From NCBI GenBank assembly GCA_030390025.1, contig CM059425.1, forward strand, positions 165,666,001 through 165,730,000: DNA of 64,000 nt, read 5' to 3'. Source of the stretch: Squalus acanthias (taxonomy: Eukaryota). The translations under genes were made by a program, and so were the position numbers. Numbering within the stretch: position 1 is the first letter of the stretch; every line of letters starts with the position of its first letter. Below are positions 51,143 through 62,376 of this stretch, in pieces. Below the pieces are notes generated by a model, which saw only the letters and a list, made by a program, of their open reading frames with translations, was not told the DNA's origin and did not search any database.

Positions 51143-52341
51143 ATGGGGGGGGGGGGGGGATGGGGATGGGGATGGGGATGGGGGGGGGGGCGGGATGGGG
51201 ATGGGGGGGGGGTGGGGATGGGGGGGGTGGGGATGGGGATGGGGATGGGGATGGGGGGGGGATGGGGATGGGGGGATGGGGATGGGGTGTGTGGGGGGGA
51301 TGGGGATGGGGGGATGGGGATGGGGGGGGATGGGGGGATGGGGATGGGGGGGATGGGGATGGGGGGGATGGGGATGGGGGGGGATGGGGATGGGGGGGAT
51401 GGGGATTGGGGGGGGGTGGGGGGGATGGGGATGGGGGGGGATGGGGGGGTGGGGATGGGGGGGGGGTGGGGGGGGGGATGGGGATGGGGATGGGGGGGAT
51501 GGGGGGGATGGGGGGGATGGGGATGGGGGGGTGGGGATGGGGGTGGGGATGGGGGGGGATGGGGATGGGGGGGGATGGGGATGGGGGGGGATGGGGATGG
51601 GGGGGGATGGGGATGGGGGGGGTTGGGGATGGGGGGGATGGGGATGGGGGGGATGGGGATGGGGGGATGGGGGGATGGGGATGGGGGGGGTTGGGGATGG
51701 GGGGGGTTGGGGATGGGGGGGATGGGGATTGGGGGGGGTGGGGATGGGGGGGATGGGGATGGGGGGGATGGGGACGGGGGGATGGGGATGGGGGGATGGG
51801 GGGATGGGGGGGATGGGGGGGGTGGGGATGGGGGGATGGGGGGATGGGGATGGGGGGATGGGGGGATGGGGATGGGGGAGATGGGGATTGGGGGGGGTGG
51901 GGATGGGGGGGGATGGGGATGGGGGGATGGGGAGGGATGGGGACGGGGGGATGGGGACGGGGGGGATGGGGACGGGGGGATGGGGATGGGGGGGATGGGG
52001 GGGGATGGGGATGGGGGGGATGGGGATGGGGGGGATGGGGATAGGGATGGGGGGATGGGGGGGGATGGGGATGGGGGGATGGGGATTGGGGGGGGTGGGG
52101 ATGGGGGGATGGGGATGTGGGGATGGGGATGGGGGGATGGGGATGGGGGGGATGGGGGTGGGGATGGGGGGGATGGGGATGGGGGGGATGGGGGTGGGGA
52201 TGGGGGGGATGGGGATGGGGGGGATGGGGATGGGGGGATGGGGATGGATGGGGATTGGGGGGGATGGGGATGGGGGGGATGGGGATGGGTGGGATGGGGG
52301 GATGATGGGGAGGGGGATGATGGGGGGGATGGGGGGGATGG
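51143..52341 (+). repeat. 1.2 kb (GnAT) simple repeat, extremely G-rich
   Basis: Runs of mostly 4 or more G separated by AT. Confidence 0.95.
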
Positions 52342-52842
52342 GAGAAAATTCGGCAGGGCAATGTGTGGTCAGGGACTCAGTGGAACACAAATCTCGAGCT
52401 TGCCATTATTGTGCTGATTTTCAGATGGGCAGGGCCTTGAATATCCAGGCTAATATAACTTTCAAAAACAGTGAGAAGTACACTCTTTAAAAACATGCAA
52501 AATGGCAGAAAGTTGAAAAAAATTGGAAAGCCAACAAATGCAATTCTGGAATTTAAACTTAAATGCTGAAAAATTGAGGATACAGCTAAGCACTAAAGTT
52601 ACTAAAGTCAGTGTTCAGACCAGAGGACAGCAGAGTGCCAAGGAGAAGATGTATTGAGCTTGAATGAGACAATGTACAAGGCTAAAGACAGAGGGGTCAG
52701 AGCAGGAATACGAGTTAAGTAAAAATGTTGAGTAACGCAGAGCTCAGAGTCAGACATCCGGGCAGAACAATGGTCTTTATCAAAGCAGTCCACTAATCTG
52801 TTTGGTCCTCCCATTATATGCACCAAGAACAACAAATACAAT

Positions 52843-53605
52843 GGGCCAAAAATTCGGCCCTTCCGGGTGAGTACACAGTGCGTACTCACCCGTAAGACGT
52901 CCCGAAGTGTTGGTTCCCTGCATGCACTGCGCATGCGCGGGAAACCGGAACTTCCGGTCTGGTGAAGGGGGCGGTTCCTAGGTGAACCACGTGCGCGGTA
53001 GAGGCTGCGCGCACGCAGCAAACTTAGATTTTTTTTCAGGTTTCTACGGGAGGGTAAGTAGTGAAGAACCTACGCTTATGAAAAGGAGGTGCAAGACCCG
53101 TTTTCAACAAGGTAAGTGGTTAATTAAGTATAATTTAAAGACATTTTCAACAGGTTTATCATTTTAGATACTTTAAAGAAAGGTAAGTTTATTTTTATCA
53201 CTTTTAAAAAGTATTTTAATTTTTTCAAAAATTTAAATTTTTGTTTAAAGTGGTTAATTTATTTAACTATAGTTATTTTATAAATGTGATGGTTTTTAAA
53301 AAAAAATTATTTTAAGTTTAGCTGTTCTTTTGGGGCCGATTTCAATTCACAGATTTGACAGGTCTCCTGTCAAATCTATGAATGAAAGATGGTCTGCTGC
53401 CATTGGCTCTCCATGGCCCACGTGATCCCAGGGGACGCATCGCACTAACTGCGCCCCTGGGACACGCACGCACTGCGCGACGGCAGTTGGAACAGGCCCA
53501 GGAGCTGAAGTTCCCGTGGGCCCAAAACACAACGGCAGGCGCGGTAGGTAAGTGCGCGCGCGATCCTTACCCCCGCGGCAAGCCGGAGAGGCGAATTTCT
53601 GGGCC
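52843..53605. mobile_element. Harbinger-type MITE, family B
   Basis: TIR GGGCCAAAAATTCG / CGAATTTCTGGGCC, TSD AAT. Confidence 0.82.
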
Positions 53606-53619
53606 AATATACTTGATTG

Positions 53620-55610
53620 GAGAAATTACATGTAAATTGCCCTACAATGTGGTATACCTAGAATTTCAAAAGTCATTTGACAAAAGTTCCACATGAAAGG
53701 CTATTAGTTAATTTCTGAGCTGTGGAGATTTGGGATAAATTTTGGGAATGCATAAGTAATTGGCTAAAGGGTAGAAGACAATGGGTACTTGTTAGAGGGG
53801 TTATTTTGGATTGGGGAAGCATTGACTGGGATGCCTCAAGGCTCAATTTTCTGATCACTACTGTTTCTAATTTCATCAATGACTTAGATTCAGAAACTCA
53901 ATGCATATTAGTCAAACTTGCAGATGATGCCAAATTAGGAGGGGCAGTGAAATCGAAGGAGGCAGCTCAGAAATGACAAAGTTGGACAAAATCTCTATAT
54001 GGGAAGAACAATGCTAAAGAGAATGAGGAACTTAAAGAAATCAGTATAAGTAAAGACGTAGTACTGGAGAAATTAATGGGACTAAGTGGCGACAAATCCC
54101 CTGGACCTGACGACCTGCATCCTAGGGTTTTAAAACAGGTAGCTGCAGAGATAGTGGTGCATTGGTATTAATCTTCCAGAATTCCCTAGATTCTAGAGCA
54201 GTCCCCAAGAATTGGAAGGTAGCAAACGTAACCCCGCTATTTAAGAAAGGAGGAAGAGAAAAGACGGGGAACTATAGGGCAGTTAGCCTGACATCAGTAG
54301 TAGGCAAAATGCTAGAATCTATTATTAGGGACGTGGTAACAGGGCACTTAGAAAATCGTAATATGATTAGGCAGAGTCAACATGGTTTTATGAAAGGGTT
54401 GATTGACTGGGCAAGAACATGGCAAATGGAATACAATGTGGGGAAGTGTGAAGTTATCCACTTTGGTAGGAAAAACAAAAAAGCAGAATATTTTTTGAAT
54501 GGTGAGAGACTGGGAAATGTTTGCATTCAGAGGGACCTGGGTGTCCTTGTACATTAATCACAGAAAGTTAACATGCAGGTACAGCAAGCAATTAAGAAAG
54601 CAAATGGTATGTTCGCTTTTCTTACAAAGGGATTAGAGTATAAGAGTAAGGAAGTCTTAATACAATTATACAGGGCATTGGTGAGGCCACACCTGGAGTA
54701 CTGTGTACAGTTCTGGTCTCCTTACCTAAGGAACAACATACTTGCCTTAGAGGGAGTGCAACGAAGGTTCACTAGACTGGTTCCTAGGATGAGAGGATTG
54801 CCCTATGAGGAGAGATTGAGTAGACTAGGCCTATATTCCCTAGAGTTTAGAAGGAGAGGTGATCTAATTGAAACATATAACATTCTTAAGGGGCTTGACA
54901 GGGTTAATGTTGGGAAAATGTTTCCCCTGGCTGGGGAATCTAGGACACGGGGCCACAGTCTCAGAATAAGGGGTCGGCCATTTAGGACTGAGCTGAGGAG
55001 AAATTTCTTCACTCAAAGGGTGGTGAATCTTTGGAATTCTCTACCCCAGAGGGCTGTGGATGCTCAGTCATTGAGTATATTCAAGACAGAGGTTAACACA
55101 TTTTTGGGAATTAAGGGATATGGGGATAGTGCAGGAAGGTGGAGTTGAGGTAGAAGATCAGCCATGATCTTGTTAAATGGTGGAGCAGACTCAAAGGACC
55201 AAATGGCCTACTCCTGCTCCTATTTCTTATGTTCTTAATGCTGCAATAAGGGAGCTTTAAGGTCTTTCTGGATAGGTGAATTAAGATGGGACAAATGGCC
55301 CTCCTCATCTGTAATTATCTTGTGAATACTGTAAATAGGGATAAACTATTTCCACTAGTTAGTAAGTCAATAACTGGAGGGCATAATTTTAAAATAATCA
55401 CCAAAAGAATGAAGAAAGTTTTTGTTTTACACAGAGGGTTTCAGACAAAACCTTAGTAGAAACAGTGGTGAAATCAAAATCCACAATTACCTTTTATAAG
55501 GAAAGTGGTTTAATATTTGAAAAGAAAAAGTAACAAAGGTTCTAGGGAAAGAGCAGAGGAATGGGACTAAATGGACAGCTATTTCAGAGAGCTAGAACAA
55601 GCACAATGGC
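53620..55610 (+). mobile_element. Old CR1 fragment with a younger deleted CR1 (54015-55238) inside
   Basis: YLEFQKSFDK and KLADDAKL in the old copy; ORFs 54162-54557 and 54573-55148 in the young copy. Confidence 0.85.
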
Positions 55611-55619
55611 CTCCTCTCC

Positions 55620-55740
55620 CCATTTCTTACATTACAACAGTGACTACACTCCAAAAGTACTTCATTGGTTGTAAAGCGCTTTGAGACGTCCGGTGGTCAT
55701 GAAAGGCGCTATATAAATCCAAGTTTTTCTTTCTTTCTTC
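55620..55740 (+). mobile_element. DeuSINE 3' tail
   Basis: Same sequence as the reverse complement of 5808-5925. Confidence 0.8.
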
Positions 55741-56796
55741 CCGTGCTATAAAATTCTAAGAGTGTCAGTATGAGCTAGGAGAGTTGGAAAAAGAGACAGA
55801 TTTCTGTGAACAGAGTGAGGAGTTGATTGGGTACATTTTCTCTGAATTGGCTCCGAGTGGCTCTGTGAACCAGGAGGGTGGGGTAGTGTGGTTGGATGTG
55901 GGAAAATTACTATTTACTGTTGGGGAAGTGATGGCCTGTTGAAAATCCAAATGTCATTTTGTTTCTTCCTTTTTTAGATTAAAAGCCAACTGATTGCAAA
56001 GTATAACAGTGCTTATAATTAACCAGAATGCATTATTTTAACATTAAAAAATCATCATTTTCCAGATGGTTATGCCCTTAGAAACATACCACCAATTCTG
56101 TGCTTCCAATATTCCTATTTCTCCATTCAGGGTTTCATGTACATTGGTTTATTTTCCTCCAATTCAAGTACAACCATGTTGTGTATACCTGCATCTTAAC
56201 TTACAAAGCTTATGTAACTATTTAAAAGGATATGGAGTCAAGGCAGGTGGATGGAGTTAAGATACACATCAGCTATGATCTCATTGATTGGCAGAACAGG
56301 CTCAAGGGGCTGAATGACCTACTCCTGTTCCTATTGGTTTTCACATGTCATCAGCTTATAATCAGGGCCTTTCTTAAACTGTCATCTTTTTGCAGGCTGC
56401 CTCAGCATTTCTAAAACTGTTGATGGGCATTTTCTCATTTTCCAGGTAAGCATATATGTACGTGTCAATGTGTTATTTATAATTAATTTGTGCAACTAAT
56501 ATTGAAACAAATACAAATAACTTACAGATTGTAGTTCTGGATAATGTTTTTGTGAAAGCAGCCAATAGCAACCTCTTCATCAAGTTGAAAATTCAGATTG
56601 GCAAGATTCAATCTAGATTTTTAGAAGGCAAAATTTGACCCGCCAATCAGGGCTTTCTGAAAAAGAATAGTTCTACTTAGATTCAGAACCCATATCTATG
56701 TGTCAACTAAGTGTTGTGATTAGTATTTAATCAGCAAACGTATAGCTGCAAGCCCAGGACTGGGCTTATTTTTCTGAAAACTAATTAATTTGCATG

Positions 56797-57778
56797 AAAT
56801 AAAAACAGAAAATGCTGGAAATGCTCAGCAGGTCAGGCAGCATTTCTGGACAGAGAAACAGGTCGGTGACCATTCATCACAACAATTTGTATTTATATAG
56901 AACCTTTAACATAGTAAAATGTCCCAAGACCTTTCACAGGAGCATTAACAAACAAAACACAACAGGAAAATGTTCGAGATGTAACCGGTTTTAAGCAAGT
57001 AGAGGCAGGGGAAGGGAGAGAACAAAAGGGAAGGTCTGTGATCGGGTGGAAGGCAGGAGATTAAATGACAAAGGGATGATGGTGAAAGGCAAAAGGGGGT
57101 GGTAATGGGAGAAGTAAAGTAACAAAAGATGGGTCTAGAGGAGCTGCAAATGGCAACAACGGAATCATCAATAGCATCTGCTGTCTGGAAAAAATGGGAG
57201 CAGTGGTTACGATCTGAAATTGTTGAACTCGATGTTGGGTCCGGAAGGTTGTAAAGTGCCTAATCGAAAGATGAGGTGCTGTTCCTCGAACTTCCGTTGA
57301 GCTTCACTGAAACAGTGAAAGAGGCCGAGAAGAGAGGTCAAAGTGGAAGTGGGGCAGAGAATTAAAATGGCATGCAACAGTAAGTTCAGGCTCACTTCTA
57401 GACTGAACAGAGGTGTTCCACAAAGTGGTTACCCAATCTGCATTTGGTGTCCCCAATGTAGAGGAGACCACATCATGACCAATGAATACAGTATATTAAA
57501 TTGAAAGAAGTACAAGTAAATCACTGCTTCACCTGGCAGGATTTTCCAGTTCCGATGAAAAGTCACTGACCTGAAACGTTAACTCTGTTTCTCTCTCCAC
57601 AGATGCTGCCTGACGTGCTGAGTATTTCCAGCAATAACAACCGAAAACGCTGGAAACACTCAGCAGGTCAGGAAGCATCGAGGAGAGAGAAACAGAGTCA
57701 ACGTTTCAGGTCGAACCCATCCTCAGCACTTTGTTTTTATTTCAGATTTCCAGCATCGGCACTATTTTGCTTTTGTAT
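56797..57778 (-). mobile_element. Penelope-like element family P2: GIY-YIG fragment with inverted pLTR pieces
   Basis: ORF 57207-57395 (..EAQRKFEEQHLIFRLGTLQPSGPNIEFNNFRS). pLTR copies in both orientations at 56797-56860 and 57545-57778. Confidence 0.8.
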
Positions 57779-57949
57779 TAATTTGCATGGTTTGACCATG
57801 TAAGCATATGTGTTTATATTTCAATGAGCTACATCAAAATATTGTGAGCTGCACTTCCAAAATAAAAGGAGTTTCACTCCTCCTATTGCAACCCACCATG
57901 GATATGCACACAAGACTCCGTGGGAGACTGCAGCAAAAGCTCGCTCTCC

Positions 57950-58165
57950 GGCAGTGCGGGAGTTGTAGTCCGGTGGAGACGAGCAGGAGCAGGTGACGCC
58001 TGGTCCCCGGAAATAAAAACTACAACTCCCAGCTTGCAATGCCGTTGCGCACGCGCACTGAGCGCCTGAACATGGCTGCGCCCGTGCTGTTGCTCAGAAG
58101 GAGCTGAGGCTCCAGAATCAGAGAGACGGGGTTTTTTCTTTAAAAATTTGCAGGTCTCCCAAGGT
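57950..58165. promoter_or_regulatory. Housekeeping-type, probably bidirectional Pol II promoter
   Basis: ZNF143/SBS motifs ACTACAACTCCCAGCTTGCA (58019-58038, +) and GGACTACAACTCCCGCACTGC (57951-57971, -). ETS CCGGAAAT (58007), NRF1-like TGCGCACGCGCA (58046), YY1-like AACATGGCTGC (58069). CpG-rich; candidate donor AAG|GTAAAA at 58163. Confidence 0.75.
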
Positions 58166-58676
58166 AAAAAGTGGCAAAGAAGTACATGACGAATGCTCTG
58201 ACCTGATCTCTTCCTTAGACAGGTGGTTGAAGGATTGTACTGGGCCTTACCCTGGGGTGTTGATGCTGTGAACACTTCTGACCTCGAATCAATCAGTGGT
58301 GACAGTGAGTAAGATTTCACCCGGCTCCACTTTGCATGTTGCAGCAGTTTTACAGTTTGTGCCCAAATTGATGTACATATAGGGGCAACAGATGCGACAG
58401 AAACTCTTGGGTCCGTGTGTTGAGATTATTCACTACAGACCGGGGCAGATAGCTGTTGATGTTGCTCTGAACGAGGCCTCTTTAAATTTGGTGCCGGAAT
58501 CCTCGGGTTTACTTGGAGCAGCAGAGGCCGAGTTGCTGTGATTTGTTTCGGTAAAAGGTGTAAGTTCCGAGCACCTCGCAGTCAGCGCCAGTCTCTGGGT
58601 TTGTGTTATGCCGGTGAAGTGAAGGGGGAACCGACCAAACGGGCGACAGCTGCAATTGGAGCAGCTCCAGAGCCGC

Positions 58677-59190
58677 GGAGGTGTGTTGATGTCAGCGAGT
58701 GGATGACATCACTGCGGGGGGTGTGGTGCTGTCGGAGGGCGGATGACATCATGCGGGAGTGTGGTGATGGTGGGTGGATGACATCACTGCGGAGGTGTGA
58801 TGTCGGTGGGCGGATGACATCACTGCGGAGGTGTGATGTTGGCGAGCGGATGACATCACTGCGGAGGTGTGGTGATGTCAACGAGCGGATGACATCACTG
58901 CGGAGGTGTGGTGATGTCGGCGAGCGGATGACCACTGTGGAGGTGTGGTGATGTCAGCGAGCGGATGACTCACTGTGGAGGTGTGGTGATGTCGACGAGC
59001 GGATGACATCACTGCGGAGGTGTGGTGATGTCAATGAGCGGATGACATCACTGCGGCGGTGTGGTGATGTCAACAAGCGGATGACATCACTGCGGAGGTG
59101 TGGTGATGTCGGCGAGCAGATGACATCACTGCGGAGGTGTGGTGATGTCAATGAGCGGATGACATCACTGCGGAGATGTGGTGATGACAA
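58677..59190 (+). repeat. 39-bp hairpin-forming minisatellite
   Basis: ~13 units of GGATGACATCACTGCGGAGGTGTGGTGATGTC(GGC/AAC)GAGC. Confidence 0.92.
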
Positions 59191-59334
59191 TGGAAGATCA
59201 TCTCATGTTGTGATGTCACAATGAAATGTAATTCTGTGCTGTGATGTCACATTGCGTAATTCCCCTTCTTTCATTCCGGCTTCTGTTTTCCATGGACCTT
59301 CATTTCACAGTGACCCAGATAGATAACATTGTGT

Positions 59335-59436
59335 TCTGAAAACAGCATATACTGGAAACACTCAGCAGGTCCAGGCAGCATCTGTAGAGAGAGAAACAGA
59401 GTTAACGTTTCAGGTCAATGATCTTTCATCAGAACT
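59335..59436 (-). mobile_element. Solo pLTR of PLE family P2 with hammerhead-like motif
   Basis: Reverse complement CTGATGAAAGATCATTGACCTGAAACGTTAAC..CAGATGCTGCC. Confidence 0.7.
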
Positions 59437-59799
59437 CATATGTGTCTATAATAAAGATTTTTGTTTTCTATTTTCTAGAAAGTAATATTTGGTTTGTTTA
59501 CAACACCAACAACTTGTATTTGGATAGTGTGTTTTAAAGTAGAAAAACATCCCAAAATGCTTCACAATTTTATAATTTAAACTTTAAACAACTTTTCTTC
59601 CAGTAAATCTGATGCTTCTCGAACTGGACAATACTCAGTGTATTGAGCATTAAAAAACTGAACTAAGAAGAAGTTGACCAACAGGGAAGTGGTGGATTCA
59701 TTAAAATATAATTCCTGACCTCCTCCTATATCTCACGCAGATCTTCCTGCTGCACAGTTTATATTGTGAAATGCTGACCAATCAAGTATTCGATCTTAA

Positions 59800-60605
59800 A
59801 TAACAACAGAAAATGCTGGAAACACTCACCAGGTCAGGCAGCATCGAGGAGAGAGAAACAGAGTCAACGTTTCGAGTCGGGGACCCTTCGTCAGAACTGG
59901 AAAAGGTTAGAGAAGAGAGATTTTTAAGCAGGGGCAGGAAAGAACAAAGGGAAGGTCTGTGTTAGGATAGAAGGCAGGAGAGATTGACTGACAAAAGGGA
60001 TGATGGTGCAAAGCAACAGGAGAGGTAATGGGCCAAGTTAAGAAACAAAAGATGACTCTAGATGAGGTGTGAATGATGATGGCAACAAGAAAACAAAAGA
60101 AAAAAGATATAAAGAAATACAGGGGCTGAGGTTATAGTCTGAAATTGTTGAACTCGATGTTGAGTCCAGAAGGCTGTAAAGTGCTTAATAGAAAGATGAG
60201 GTGCTGTTCCTTGAGCTTACGTTGAGCTTCATTGGAACAATGTAAGAGGCTGAGGACGGACAGATCAGAGTGGGCGTGGAGGGGAGAATTAAAGTGACAG
60301 GCGACCGGAAGCTCGGGGTCATGCTTGCTGACTGAACGGAGGTGTTCCGCAAAGCGGTCACCCAATCTGCGTTTGGTCTCCCCAATGTAGAGGAGACCGC
60401 ACCGTGAGCAGCGAATACAGTATACTAAATTGCAAGCAGTACAAGTAAATCGCTGTTTCACCTGGAAGGAGTGTTTGGGGCCCTGGACGGCGGGAAGGGA
60501 GGAGGTAAAGGGGCAGGTGTTGCATCTCCTGCGCTTGCATGGGAAGGTGCCGGGGGAAGGAGTGTTGGGGGTGATAGAGGAGTGGATCAGTGTGTCGCGG
60601 AGGGG
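59800..60605 (-). mobile_element. Penelope-like element family P2, GIY-YIG endonuclease + pLTR
   Basis: ORF 60132-60461 (FTCTACNLVYCIRCSRCGLLYIGETKRRLGDRFAEH..VACHFN..EQHLIF..GLN). Hammerhead CTGACGA-A-GGGTC-CCC-GACTC-GAAA-CG-TT at 59866-59894 (-). Confidence 0.9.
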
Positions 60606-60802
60606 AGTATTAGATCTTGGTTGTCAGTGCTTGCTTTCACAGAAGTTCATCTGTAATGTAATATCATAGCACAACATGCAGTTAAATCCCAAATGTGGAC
60701 TAGAGGTAAAAAAAAAGGTGAAAACAAAAAATCAAAAGTAAAACCAGAAAATGCTGGAAATACACAGCCAATTAATCTGAACCTGAAAGAGAAAAATACA
60801 TT

Positions 60803-61513
60803 GGCTCGGATTTCGCGGTGGTAATGATGGCGAAACTGTCAGCGTTTGCCAGTATTACGCTCTGAAACTGACCGCAACTTCAGGATTTAGTGCATGCAAA
60901 CACGGAAGTTGCGATCAGTCATTCACTGCTCCGCCACAGGTTGCGCTGTGGAACTCCCCAGAGTCAGCAATCAGTTGAAATCACATACAAGGACGAAAAA
61001 TTCACCTTTTACGATGGAATATCGCTGATAAAACTTTAAGCCTTGTTGAAAGAGGTGTAACTGGGTTTTTATCAGCGTACTGACTGCTGAACAACCGTTC
61101 TGGTCCTGAAAAACTATCTTTATATTTATGGAATGCCAAGTTTTTCCATTAATATGATTTAAGAATTACACGTTTAATATTTTTTTAAAGTTTGGTTATG
61201 ATATTTCAGCTTCTACGTTAATCATATATGTATATCCCAATCCTTATTTCGCTCTAAGAATTTTAAAATTAGAATTTGAGCATTTTACTTCCTAGTTTGC
61301 TGTCTGAGAATTCTTCAGTGTGATTGGCTGCTTAGCCAGCTTGATGCCATCACTGTTGCTGGATGCTTAAGATTCGCTTGATTTGGTGCCAGATTCAAGC
61401 AAAGGTCAGGAGAGCTGGAATTCACACCAGAGATCTCTAAATCTTCGAGGGCAACTTTCTTCGAGGTCAGCGGCGAGTGTCGACACTTCGCCACTGACCA
61501 CAAATTCTGGGCC
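60803..61513. mobile_element. Harbinger-type MITE
   Basis: TIR GGCTCGGATTT / AAATTCTGGGCC, TSD ATT. Confidence 0.75.
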
Positions 61514-61564
61514 ATTAGCATTTCGGATGGAATTCTCTCTTTTTTTGAAGGAGTAAATGTGAAA

Positions 61565-61778
61565 CACCAGGAGAACGCCTCAGCTCTTCCTCAAAAAGTA
61601 CCACCTAAAAGGGAAGATGGGGCCTTGTTTTAATGTGCCATCCGAAAGATGGCACCTCCGACAGAGCAGTACTCTCTACTGAGGGAATACTCCACTGAAT
61701 TGTTCACCAAATTATGTGCCCAAGTCTTCGGGGCAGGGCTTGAATCCACAAACTTCCGACTCTGAGGCAAGGCTGAAG
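61565..61778 (-). mobile_element. DeuSINE 5'/Deu-domain fragment
   Basis: CATCCGAAAGATGGCACCTCCGACAG and GGGCTTGAATCCACAAACTTCCGACTC (reverse B box region). Confidence 0.6.
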
Positions 61779-62187
61779 GCATCCAATCTGTAGGGAGTTG
61801 ATAAGCGTGAAATTCTCAGTGGAGGAATGGAAGAAAGGAACAAAATGAGAGAGATCACCTGAGGTACCCTTGAGTTAATGAAAAAAGAGTCGGAGTATAG
61901 TTTTGATCAATAATATTTTTGGTATTTCACATCGGCATCAATAATTTATTTTCTCACTTTGCTGAAGAACGTAATTTATTGGTAAAAGTATGCAAAAGCT
62001 AAAATAAATGTCAAATAGATTGTATTAGAAATTAGAAAATACTGCAGCATAATATATTTTCCTGCAATCTACTGGTGAGAACCCCTAGTAATGCACCTCA
62101 TAATGTTAGATCATTTCAGTTCCTGCATTACTTTTGTTTTTATTACCCTTTCACACACCTCACACTATCTCTGCTGCACTTGGTCTA

Positions 62188-62376
62188 AAATGAGAAGTCG
62201 CACAACACCAGGTTATAGTCCAACAGTTTTATTTAAAATTACGAGCTTTCGGAGCTGCTGCTCCTTCGTCAGGTAGAGGTACAGTTTAAATAAAACTGTT
62301 GGACTATAACCTGGTGTTGTGCGACTTCTCATTTTTGTCCACCCCAGTCCAACACCGGCATCTCCGCATCATGACC
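62188..62376 (+). mobile_element. Minimal Penelope-like insertion (family P1)
   Basis: Inverted arms, reverse hammerhead at 62243-62272, TSD GCACTTGGTCTA. Confidence 0.85.

Noticed and set aside
51096..52490. Long Gly- and Pro-rich ORFs (up to 431 aa)
   Set aside because: Open in nearly all frames because the (GnAT) repeat lacks stop codons.
58677..59190. CRISPR-like array of palindromic repeats
   Set aside because: No unique spacers, no cas genes and a eukaryotic context; it is a tandem repeat.
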